This document shows, piece after piece, positions 8,847 through 16,954 of a stretch of DNA of 64,000 nt; position 1 is the first letter of the stretch; each line of letters begins with the position of its first letter. The translations under genes and the position numbers were made by a program. The stretch comes from an uncultured Nitrospina sp. (lineage in GTDB: Bacteria > Nitrospinota > Nitrospinia > Nitrospinales > VA-1). The stretch covers positions 3,660-67,659 of the forward strand of contig CAYFNV010000017.1 in NCBI GenBank assembly GCA_964344595.1, given 5' to 3'. The notes below the pieces were generated by a model. It was not told the origin of the DNA. It searched no databases and was given only the letters and a program-made list of their open reading frames with translations.

Positions 8847-9623
8847 CTATGATTGGCTTTGTTGCAGGGCATGATAAAAATCAATTTTTCCCCACCATTT
8901 AATAACCATCGTTGTTATAACCGGAACATTTAAAATGGCAATCGTTCCACAGGCAAGCAGGGGAAGATAAAAGTAATGGAAACGGGTTTTACGGTCACAC
9001 CATTGATCCCCATTCATGAAACAGAAATCGTATAACAGGTAAATGGCAGGGAGGGAGAGGCTGACCTCTTTACTGAAAAACGCCGCTATGAATAGAAGAA
9101 TACAAATTAAATAGCAAATCAGGCGTGATGCTTTAGTCCTTTCCCGAAGCCCCGCGATTATAAAAAACAAAAACGATGAGAAATAGAACAACCCCGCCAG
9201 CCCTGAAGTCCGCCCTGATATATAAGACACGGTTTCGGTGTGGACCGGGCTCAATGCAAAGAACAAGGTGGTGGTCACGGAAATGGGAGTGGCCACCTTC
9301 CTCTCCCACTCAGTTCCCCTTTGAAGGGTTATATGAACAATGAAAAAGATGATGAGGCTTGTTAAAAAATGCAGGGAGATATTGAACACGTGGTAGCCGA
9401 ACGGGTCCAGTTGTCCCAGTTTCTTGTTGATGGCAAAGCTCAGGAAAAACAGGTGCCGGTATTTGGGGGGGAAGGGATCGAAAAACTTCTCATCGCTTTG
9501 GGAAATGACCGTGCTGTCATCAAGGGTAAAGGGAGATTTTAGCGTGTTGCCATAAGCCAGCGCGACAACCAGCAGCAATAGGGCACCAAATGCAACAACC
9601 TGCCTGCGGGATAAGTCCTCCAT
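8847..9623 (-). CDS. TMTC-like / DUF1736-type (GT-C, PMT-related) membrane protein, N-terminal half
   Basis: YGNTLKSPFTLDDSTVI, GYHVFNISLHFLTSL, LSPVHTETVSYISGRTSGLAGLFYF and FSKEVSLSLPAIYLL match the N-terminal membrane domain of bacterial TMTC-like TPR proteins. The ORF ends 35 nt before the next ORF, which is in another frame. Confidence 0.65.
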   Translation of the reverse strand: MEDLSRRQVVAFGALLLLVVALAYGNTLKSPFTLDDSTVISQSDEKFFDPFPPKYRHLFFLSFAINKKLGQLDPFGYHVFNISLHFLTSLIIFFIVHITLQRGTEWERKVATPISVTTTLFFALSPVHTETVSYISGRTSGLAGLFYFSSFLFFIIAGLRERTKASRLICYLICILLFIAAFFSKEVSLSLPAIYLLYDFCFMNGDQWCDRKTRFHYFYLPLLACGTIAILNVPVITTMVIKWWGKIDFYHALQQSQS

Positions 9624-9680
9624 AGATATGATTCTACCAGCCAGTGTGGCGTTGGGCTTAATTTAAAAAGTCTTTTGCGC

Positions 9681-9717
9681 AAATAAAAATGGCCCACGGA
9701 GATGTACCGTGGGCCAT
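9681..9717 (-). terminator. Rho-independent terminator downstream of the second collagen-like gene
   Basis: An 11-bp perfect stem (ATGGCCCACGG 9689-9699 / CCGTGGGCCAT 9707-9717) with a 7-nt loop, followed on the minus strand by TTTTATTT. Confidence 0.7.
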
Positions 9718-9747
9718 CACTATAAAAAAGATTTAGTCGGTAAGCCT

Positions 9748-11097
9748 TTAAAAGTTATTTATACAAATCGCAAAGACTCTATAAAACTTTACCAAACCTG
9801 ATTTAGGTGTAAAACGAACTGTCCACGATTGGGGATCGCTGGGGCTTGAAATAATACCCGAGGGGCCGCTAAAATGAACGGTTATATTTGCATCCCCACC
9901 GTGATTAATACCCCCGCCTGTTACTACTTTACCAGCAGGACAATCAGCTCTTACCTCATGAGTGGATCCATCTGACAATGTAGTAGATTGTACAAATACT
10001 TGTTCCCATCCCAGGGATGGAATTATAGGAACCTCTGGAACAGCCGTGAAGTCAAATGATGAAACGCCATTGCTGTTCAATAGGTGGAAGCGGTGAGCAC
10101 CTTGACCGCTGGCAATAATACTAATTGGGACACGCACAGTAATGGTGTTAATGCTGGCTACCAATACATTCCCGCCGCCCGAAGCCTGTTCCGAATGGGT
10201 GTTCAACAGGGTATTGAAATGCGTCACATTGGGTGCTGTGACTCCATCAACAGAAAGTCCAGAGCCATCAATCAGGAACGAAATGTGAGAAGCAGGTAAT
10301 GGAACACAGGTCTCGTTGCCAACCGAGTCGGTGGTACAACTGAGTTCAGGAGGCAGTTGGATGATACGCCTGATCTCAACACCATCTATTTCATCGTTCC
10401 CACCATCAGAACCTGCCGGCCCTTGAGGTCCTTGTGGACCTGTTGCACCCGTGTCACCTTGAATTCCCTGCAGGCCTTGCGGACCCGTTGCACCGGTTGG
10501 ACCTTGCGGACCTTGTGGTCCTGCCGGGCCTGCCAGTCCGGTATCGCCTGGATCGCCCTTGTCACCTTTATCACCTTGGGCACCGTCGGCACCTGCTGGA
10601 CCTGTTTTACCTTGAGGTCCTGCCGGGCCTGCCGGTCCGGTATCGCCTGGATCGCCCTTATCACCTTTATCACCTTGGGCACCGTCGGCACCTGCTGGAC
10701 CTGTTTTACCCTGAGGTCCTGCCGGGCCTGCCGGTCCGGTATCACCTGGGTCGCCCTTGTCACCTTTGGCTCCGTCAGCACCCGGTAAACCTTGCGGACC
10801 GGGGGTCAGTTCAATATCTGCGATTTCCTGTCCCAGGGCATCAACCTCTTCCTCAAGAGCATTGACTTTTTGCCGAAGTCCGTTGCTGCGCCGGCTATCA
10901 TCTTTATCCTTATCGTCATCACGTTTTCTTTTTTTCTTTTTCTTCGCTTTCTTTTTTAGTTTGATTTTTGCGTCCTGTTTTTTCTGTGCAAAGGCCATAC
11001 TAGAAAAAGTGGGATCAGCAGTCAGCATATTGCTGACCAGACTTAAAAGGAAGAATAAAACCGTGAACAGTGCGATTGATAATTGTTGGCGGCGCAT
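9748..11097 (-). CDS. Secreted collagen-like triple-helix repeat protein with IPT/TIG-like and Cys-bracketed beta C-terminal domains (449 aa)
   Basis: GGAGAAAGG RBS. The leader is [40 protein letters not shown], followed by a poly-K/D stretch and [25 protein letters not shown]. Gly-X-Y runs from aa 100 to 233. The C-terminal ~215 aa is unrelated to that of 5539..7566. Confidence 0.9.
   Translation of the reverse strand: MRRQQLSIALFTVLFFLLSLVSNMLTADPTFSSMAFAQKKQDAKIKLKKKAKKKKKRKRDDDKDKDDSRRSNGLRQKVNALEEEVDALGQEIADIELTPGPQGLPGADGAKGDKGDPGDTGPAGPAGPQGKTGPAGADGAQGDKGDKGDPGDTGPAGPAGPQGKTGPAGADGAQGDKGDKGDPGDTGLAGPAGPQGPQGPTGATGPQGLQGIQGDTGATGPQGPQGPAGSDGGNDEIDGVEIRRIIQLPPELSCTTDSVGNETCVPLPASHISFLIDGSGLSVDGVTAPNVTHFNTLLNTHSEQASGGGNVLVASINTITVRVPISIIASGQGAHRFHLLNSNGVSSFDFTAVPEVPIIPSLGWEQVFVQSTTLSDGSTHEVRADCPAGKVVTGGGINHGGDANITVHFSGPSGIISSPSDPQSWTVRFTPKSGLVKFYRVFAICINNF
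10510..10795 (-). repeat. About 2.7 tandem copies of a 99-bp (33-aa) unit inside the collagen tract
   Basis: TCCTGCCGGGCC recurs at 10519, 10618 and 10717 with near-identical intervening sequence. The protein unit is [33 protein letters not shown]. Confidence 0.85.
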
Positions 11098-11450
11098 AAC
11101 CTTTCTCCGTTTTAAATAATTGTAGATCGACTCAGAAAATTTAGTTTATGTCGGTTGATTTAGTTATGGTGAAAGTATTTGTTAGCAATTAATTTCAAAT
11201 TTGGCAATACCTTAAACAAGGTAAACTGCTATAAAAAAAGGAGAAATTTTATTTTTTCCCGTGAAAACTTTTGATAAAGCGATAGTTTTTGTTTGAGTAG
11301 GGGGATAAATATTTTTTTGGTTTTCCTTTGGTAAGGTGGGGTTTCCCCGATATTTATTGATTATTGGTTTTTGCTTTCCGACCGGGCAGGTGCCGTGCTA
11401 TGGTGAACGCTTCTGAATAACATGTTTAATTTGATAACCAGGAACTTTTA

Positions 11451-11846
11451 ATGTCTTTACCGGTTGTAGCTGTATTTGCCCTGGGCACAGGGGTAGAACT
11501 TTATGGTTTGAAGTATGTGAGTGATGTGATCAGCATTCTCAACACGGTATCCTTAATCATGTTCACTTTTCTGGTGGGTATTGTTGTCAGCCGCAGTTAC
11601 GGTGCTGAGGTCTTTGAAAAAATGCAGAGGCAGTTGAAGTCACGGGAAGTCCCCGGCAACGAGGCCCTGAACGGTGCGGTGATGGGGGTTGCCAGTATGT
11701 TACTCATAACTCCGGGAGTTGTGACGGACATAATTGGTCTCCTGATCATGACTCCGCTCACTCGCGGGCTGTTCATAAAAATTGCTGCGGATATCACACG
11801 AGATAGAATTCAATCCGGTCAACCCTACTTCTTCTTCAAGGACTAA
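11451..11846 (+). CDS. fxsA: FxsA family membrane protein (UPF0716)
   Basis: 131 aa, with N-terminal TM helices and the family hallmark LLITPGVVTDIIGLLIMTPLTRG. Confidence 0.7.
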   Translation: MSLPVVAVFALGTGVELYGLKYVSDVISILNTVSLIMFTFLVGIVVSRSYGAEVFEKMQRQLKSREVPGNEALNGAVMGVASMLLITPGVVTDIIGLLIMTPLTRGLFIKIAADITRDRIQSGQPYFFFKD

Positions 11847-12000
11847 GCACCGGGCGTGAAGCCAATGAGCAACAGGCGAGCCGCATATTGCATGAGATGC
11901 ATGAGAGATGGTAAATCACCCCAGCCCCTCTTTGAAATAGAGGGGTCCATTAACGCTTCTCCTTTCTGGAAGAGAGCAACCTGATAGCTCTCAATGATAA

Positions 12001-12717
12001 ATGCGATCTTTATTTTTTCCTCCACGAAATCTCCGTGACGAACTGCTGGATCTGGACGAAGCTCCTTATGAGGAGGTCCGTGACAGCTTGAGGGATGTTG
12101 CCACCGTCAACCGCTATTTGAGTGGTTACCGGGTTCTTCTACACCATGTAGAGCCATTTTTAAAATCCCATAAACCGGATCGTCCGTTCAGGGTTTTGGA
12201 TGCGGCCACAGGTTCCGCTGACCAGCCCGTGGCACTGGTCAGGCTGGCGCGCCGTCTGGGTGTGCCTGTTCATATAACTGCTATTGATATCAATGCCAAA
12301 ATGCTGAAACTGGCGAGGGAGGAAGTAGTCCTTTATCCTGAAATCAAACTGGTGCAGGGCGACATTCTTTCATTGCCGTTTCGGGATGAGAGTTTTGACC
12401 TTGCGGTGAATTCTTTATCTCTCCATCATTTTAGTTGGGAGAAGGCGGTGAAGGTTTTAAGGTCGATATATAAGGCCGGGAAATTGGGAATGGTGGTGAA
12501 CGATCTGCACAGGAGCCGAATAGCGCATGCGGCGATATTTTTATTGACGAGAATTTTTACGCGCAACAGGCTGACTCGCTACGATGCGCCGGTTTCTGTG
12601 ATGAATGCATTTACCTCGAAAGAGTTCCGTGAACTGGCTCAACAGGCGGAAATAGAACCTTATGAAGTCCACCGCCATTTTCCCTACCGCATCGCTTTGC
12701 TTGGGCGCAAAAGATGA
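12001..12717 (+). CDS. Class I SAM-dependent methyltransferase
   Basis: Motif I-like VLDAATGSADQP, a DIN acidic loop and VNSLSLHHF (post-II/III). The stop overlaps the next start (ATGA at 12714-12717). Confidence 0.8.
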   Translation: MRSLFFPPRNLRDELLDLDEAPYEEVRDSLRDVATVNRYLSGYRVLLHHVEPFLKSHKPDRPFRVLDAATGSADQPVALVRLARRLGVPVHITAIDINAKMLKLAREEVVLYPEIKLVQGDILSLPFRDESFDLAVNSLSLHHFSWEKAVKVLRSIYKAGKLGMVVNDLHRSRIAHAAIFLLTRIFTRNRLTRYDAPVSVMNAFTSKEFRELAQQAEIEPYEVHRHFPYRIALLGRKR

Positions 12718-13985
12718 ACTCCTTTGATGTTGTCGTTATAGGGGGTGGTCCGGCGGGATGCGCCATGGCACTGGACCTCAACCGTCGTGGTTATCGCGTT
12801 GCTCTTTGTGATCAGGCAAAATTCCCACGTGACAAGGTGTGCGGAGAGTTTGTCAGTCCTGGTGCCGACCCCATTCTTGCTCAGCTGGGTGTCCTTGATG
12901 CCATTGAGGCCTTGACTCCAAAGCGCCTTAAAGGTGTGGCGATCTCTTCTTATGAAAGCGAGGAATTGGGGATCGAATATCCTTTTTCTTCGGAAACCGG
13001 CTTGAGGCCTACCAGTTTATCAGTGCCTAGATATCAGTTGGATGAATTGTTTTTAAGACAAGTTCAAAATTCGGGTGTGAAAGTATTTGAACAACATAAG
13101 GTGACAGGTTTTTTGTTTTCTGAGGGTTGTGTTGCAGGGGTTGAAGGGTGGGATGGAAATAAAACATCGTTTTCACTGAACAGCAAAATGGTGGTGGATG
13201 CAGGAGGACGCAATGCAGTTTCTCTTCGCAAGTTCGGTTTGAAGCGTGAACCCAGGGGAAATTCTAAACTTGCTTTTTCTGCGCACTGGCAGGGTGTGTG
13301 TGTCCCGGAAGATTATTGTTATATGCATGTCAGTCAACCGGGTTATACGGGTATATCTTCTGTGGGAAACGGTCGGACCAATGTGGTTCTTGTGGTGGAC
13401 AGGTCTTCAGTTGGAGGCGAAAAGCCGGAAACTTTTTATCATCGTGTTTTAATGAAAAATTCCCGGCGAATTGGAATGCTATCGGACGGAGAACAGATTG
13501 AACCTGTACGTTCTGTTGAGTCTTTGGCGTTTGCGGTCAAGCCTGTTCCTTGTGGCGGGCTGGTTCTGGTTGGCGATGCAACCGGTTTTATCGATCCATT
13601 TACAGGTGAAGGTATTTATCTGTCGTTACGAAGTGCCCAGCTTGCGGGAGAGGTGATTCAAAATGGGTTTAAGTGTTCAGACTTTTCCAGAAAATTTCTT
13701 TCGGCTTATGACAAGCAACGGCAAAAGGAGTTTGGGGATAAGTTTTTATTGAGCCGTATTCTCCAGGTGCTGATATATAACCGTTTTTTTTGTGATCAGG
13801 TTTTTAGAATACTTACTACTGACCGTGCCCTTGCTGAATCTCTGGTTGGGGTTATTGGAGACATCATGCCAGCCAGAAAAGTGGTTTGCATGAAATTTTT
13901 GTCCCAGCTTCTGGCTGGTGCCTTGAAAAGAAAATCAAAGTCAGAGCCATTAGTTGCTTCTAAGGATAGTCTGGGCGGCTTCTAG
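12714..13985 (+). CDS. FAD-dependent oxidoreductase, geranylgeranyl reductase family
   Basis: N-terminal dinucleotide fold DVVVIGGGPAGCAMA, CGEFVSP, and the C-terminal GDATGFIDPFTGEGI motif typical of GGR/FixC-like flavoproteins. Confidence 0.85.
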   Translation: MNSFDVVVIGGGPAGCAMALDLNRRGYRVALCDQAKFPRDKVCGEFVSPGADPILAQLGVLDAIEALTPKRLKGVAISSYESEELGIEYPFSSETGLRPTSLSVPRYQLDELFLRQVQNSGVKVFEQHKVTGFLFSEGCVAGVEGWDGNKTSFSLNSKMVVDAGGRNAVSLRKFGLKREPRGNSKLAFSAHWQGVCVPEDYCYMHVSQPGYTGISSVGNGRTNVVLVVDRSSVGGEKPETFYHRVLMKNSRRIGMLSDGEQIEPVRSVESLAFAVKPVPCGGLVLVGDATGFIDPFTGEGIYLSLRSAQLAGEVIQNGFKCSDFSRKFLSAYDKQRQKEFGDKFLLSRILQVLIYNRFFCDQVFRILTTDRALAESLVGVIGDIMPARKVVCMKFLSQLLAGALKRKSKSEPLVASKDSLGGF

Positions 13986-14810
13986 TCCTTCTTTCGTATT
14001 TTCGATGAGGATTTCCAGTTCATCGGAGTCCAACTCCAGTTTGTCGAGAACACCGTATTCAAGCGGAGCTGTGTCTTCCGGGACAATTCCATTGGAGAAT
14101 CCATTCTGGTTGGCAAGCAGGTTGGCAGTGGTGAGGAGGTGGGCAATATTTTTCACATCAGCATTGTGGTCGGGTGTATCGTGATGAATGCGAATGCTTT
14201 CAACCAAGCCGGGTGAAACCGGCCACCATTTTTCGATGAACCGCGTTCCCAGTTCAGCATGGGTGATCCCGAAAGTTCCCTCTTCATTTTCTGCCAGGGT
14301 CAATTCGGATGATTTTATTTGCTCAAGAAACTCGTTGTATCTTTCCGGAATCAGGTGATCAAAAACTACAATTCCAACATCGTGCATCAATCCGCATAGG
14401 TAAGCGAATTCGATTTCTTCATGAGGTACTTTTACCATGTGTGCCAATGAACGTGTGAGGTAGGCGACTCCCAGCGAATGTGTCCAGAAGTCGAACTGGT
14501 TGAAGCTTTTCGACTTGTTAAACAGTCCCGGGAGTTTTACGGTATAAGCCATATCCAGAACCATTTTCACACCCAGTCTCATAACCGCATCATTCATGTC
14601 TTCGACATCTTCACGCCCTCCTCCAAACAGGACGCTGTTTGCGAGTTTGATCAGTCGACCTGACAACACGGGTTCTGATTCAATAATGCCAGAGACTTCC
14701 AGAATATCGCACTCTGGATCGTTGATTTTTCTTTCCAGGTTCATCAGGATTTCGGGAAGGGGCGGAAGATCTCCCTTCCCTTCAATCAGGTCGATCAGCT
14801 TTTCTCTCAT
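13950..14810 (-). CDS. HDOD domain signalling protein
   Basis: LPPLPEILMNLERKINDP...GIIESEPVLSGRLIKLANS...AVMRLG and CGLMHDVGIVVF...HAELG are HDOD hallmarks. Confidence 0.85.
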   Translation of the reverse strand: MREKLIDLIEGKGDLPPLPEILMNLERKINDPECDILEVSGIIESEPVLSGRLIKLANSVLFGGGREDVEDMNDAVMRLGVKMVLDMAYTVKLPGLFNKSKSFNQFDFWTHSLGVAYLTRSLAHMVKVPHEEIEFAYLCGLMHDVGIVVFDHLIPERYNEFLEQIKSSELTLAENEEGTFGITHAELGTRFIEKWWPVSPGLVESIRIHHDTPDHNADVKNIAHLLTTANLLANQNGFSNGIVPEDTAPLEYGVLDKLELDSDELEILIENTKEGLEAAQTILRSN

Positions 14811-14843
14811 GAGGTCATCGTAGATGTGTAGAGTGACTATTGA

Positions 14844-15071
14844 TTAGCCCTTTGACTCCTCATAGAGGCTTAAAATTTGCTCCATACGATCCTTGAGGCT
14901 CAACTTTTGTTTCTGGTGTTTTTTCTTTTCAACCTCTTGTTCGGGAGTGATGATCTTCGCTTTATTAAGAGCATCAACTTTTATTTTAAGAAGGGTGTGT
15001 TCTTCATAAAGCTCACGAAATTCTGGGTTTTCCTGTTTGAGTTTTTCAAGCAAAGCGGGATTAATGTCCAT
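14844..15071 (-). CDS. DUF465 (YdcH-like) small coiled-coil protein
   Basis: 75 aa. FRELYEEHTLLKIKVDALN....TPEQEVEKKKHQKQKLSLKDRM matches the DUF465 pattern. Confidence 0.65.
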   Translation of the reverse strand: MDINPALLEKLKQENPEFRELYEEHTLLKIKVDALNKAKIITPEQEVEKKKHQKQKLSLKDRMEQILSLYEESKG

Positions 15072-15768
15072 GCTTCACAACCTCCTTGTTAAGAATATTA
15101 CGGTTTAATTCTGCTTCTGATTTCCTGACATAATGAATGGTCAAGGCATCCAGATCAAAACAGGGTTTATTACTGGATTGATTGAATGCTATTTGAGCCG
15201 CGCTTGCGGCAATAGACTGGTTCTTGACTCGAATTTTATTTATAAACTTGTCTCCCAATTGACAAGAAAAGATATCTTTATAAGTTTCCAGTCCTCCGCC
15301 TAAAAAAATAGTTGGCTCATTAATTGTAGAACATAATTCCTGCGCGGAGACAGCCCGGTCTGGGGTTTCTCTGGACAAATGTTCCCCTGTATATTTAAAA
15401 CTTGCTGTATAAACCTCTTTTTTTCTGGCATCCAGAACCGGGCAGATTGGCTGGGGAACGGGTTTGACCAGATTTGCATAAGCTTCCAGTGTATTGATTC
15501 CCCAAAATGGCTTTTCTGTAGCCAAGACCAGGCCTTTTACCAAGCTAACGCCAACCCGGAGTCCTGTAAATGAACCGGGACCTGTTGTGACGCAGAATGC
15601 ATCCACTTTTTCCAATCCACCTTCTAATTTTTCCAAAACCTCATCCACCATAACAAGAAACTGATCTGAGTACATTGAAGAACTCAATGACTCGGCAATT
15701 ATGCGCTCACCATCAAGAAGAGCTACACTTCCTTTTGGTGTCGAGGCATCAATACCCAATATAATCAT
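15061..15768 (-). CDS. tsaB: tRNA N6-threonylcarbamoyladenosine biosynthesis protein TsaB
   Basis: MIILGIDASTPKGSVALL...VTTGPGSFTGLRVGVS is the YeaZ/TsaB signature. Length is 235 aa. Confidence 0.85.
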   Translation of the reverse strand: MIILGIDASTPKGSVALLDGERIIAESLSSSMYSDQFLVMVDEVLEKLEGGLEKVDAFCVTTGPGSFTGLRVGVSLVKGLVLATEKPFWGINTLEAYANLVKPVPQPICPVLDARKKEVYTASFKYTGEHLSRETPDRAVSAQELCSTINEPTIFLGGGLETYKDIFSCQLGDKFINKIRVKNQSIAASAAQIAFNQSSNKPCFDLDALTIHYVRKSEAELNRNILNKEVVKHGH

Positions 15769-16313
15769 TGTTTCATATTTGGGAAAGGATATTGGAATTC
15801 TAAGGAAAGGAGCATTGGACTACTCCAGAAAGTTTAGTGTAAAGATAGGGGATAGGTAGGGGAAAGTCAATGGGAAAGGGGCTTTTTTAAGCTTCAATAA
15901 GGGACCGATTTAGCATGGTATTTTCCCTTAAGATTCATAGGGTTAAAAATATAACAAGACTGAGGATCAGATCATGAAATGTTTTCAAGTATTTGAAAAA
16001 TTTACATTAATTGACGCCTCTCATACTTTGGGTGATAATTCATGAGGCTTGAATGGCTAAGGAAGGTTTTTTTGAAAAGACTGCTATAGCAGGTGGTTGG
16101 TAAGAGTTTTTCATTGCAAAAACAGTGACTTGAAAGTAAGGTTTGATAAATTTGAATAGTGTTGAATTTGATTGTTGGCAATGGAAGGTTATTATTCAAC
16201 CTATTGAATTTAACTATTCCTGACTTTTAAATAATTCCAACCGGATAGCAGTTATTATTTCTGAACTTTTTAAGAACCCGTCTGATCATGCGTTCAATGC
16301 ACCCAGGGCATGG

Positions 16314-16949
16314 TTGCCATTGATACGGCATTTTTCCTATTACCTTACCCGGCTTTTAATAAAAACACCGATAGTGCCAAATCAGGTTACCACGTTGTCT
16401 TTATTATTTGGGTTGGCCTCTGGAGCAGCATGTTTGAAAGGGACTTATAGCTATACACTTCTAGGCGCGTTTTTTTTGCTCATATGCTATGTGCTCGATA
16501 ATTGTGATGGAGAAATTGCCCGCTTAAAAAATATGTGTAGCCATTTTGGCATGAGGTACGACACGTTTGTAGATTGGGTTGTCCACACTGTTTTCTTTGT
16601 TTGTCTGGGCTGGGGTGCGACTGCGGCCATGGGACAGGAATGGTGGCTGTGGGTGGGTATCGTAACAGGGCTGGGGGGCACCATTAATTATGGTATAGAA
16701 CTATATCAAAACAAAACCCAGCTTCATGCCAGCCAATTGCCTGAAAAAGAAACGATGAAAAAAGATGACGATACGGATATAGATCGGTTTGTATTGAACG
16801 CCCGTATGGTACGTAGTGACTTTTGTTTCATCGTGTTGTTTTTAAGCTTGGGAGGGGTGCTTTGGTATCTTCTTCTTCCCGCTGCTATTGGTGCTCAGGC
16901 TTATTGGTGTCTGCAATTTACCCGAAGCGCACGTCGCTGGCACGTATAA
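16314..16949 (+). CDS. CDP-alcohol phosphatidyltransferase family protein (small, 211 aa)
   Basis: Exact family motif DG-x2-AR-x8-G-x3-D-x3-D in DGEIARLKNMCSHFGMRYDTFVD, with multiple TM segments. The TTG start is uncertain. Confidence 0.8.
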   Translation: MPLIRHFSYYLTRLLIKTPIVPNQVTTLSLLFGLASGAACLKGTYSYTLLGAFFLLICYVLDNCDGEIARLKNMCSHFGMRYDTFVDWVVHTVFFVCLGWGATAAMGQEWWLWVGIVTGLGGTINYGIELYQNKTQLHASQLPEKETMKKDDDTDIDRFVLNARMVRSDFCFIVLFLSLGGVLWYLLLPAAIGAQAYWCLQFTRSARRWHV

Positions 16950-16954
16950 CAATC

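Noticed and set aside
10357-10865. Alternative-frame ORFs over the second collagen tract (10357..10788 +, 10386..10781 -, 10434..10865 +).
   Set aside because: Same reason as above: these are shadow ORFs of the repeat, entirely contained in the well-supported 9748..11097 gene.
11925-11945. Perfect 7-bp hairpin (CCCCTCT/AGAGGGG) after fxsA, and the 60-aa minus-strand ORF 11843..12025 that covers it.
   Set aside because: The hairpin lacks a following T-run on either strand, so I do not call it a terminator. The ORF overlaps both flanking genes' ends and has no support.
16002-16199. 65-aa ORF in the 545-nt intergenic region between tsaB and the first CDP-alcohol transferase.
   Set aside because: It has no RBS and its low-complexity composition is typical of AT-rich non-coding DNA, with no recognisable family. 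I also saw no convincing RNA structure or repeat in this spacer, so it is left unannotated.
16823-16954. N-terminal extension of the flippase-like ORF, overlapping the preceding gene by 127 nt.
   Set aside because: The extension is non-hydrophobic and overlaps the conserved C-terminus of the upstream transferase. The ATG at 16955, directly after the upstream stop, starts a proper TM helix.
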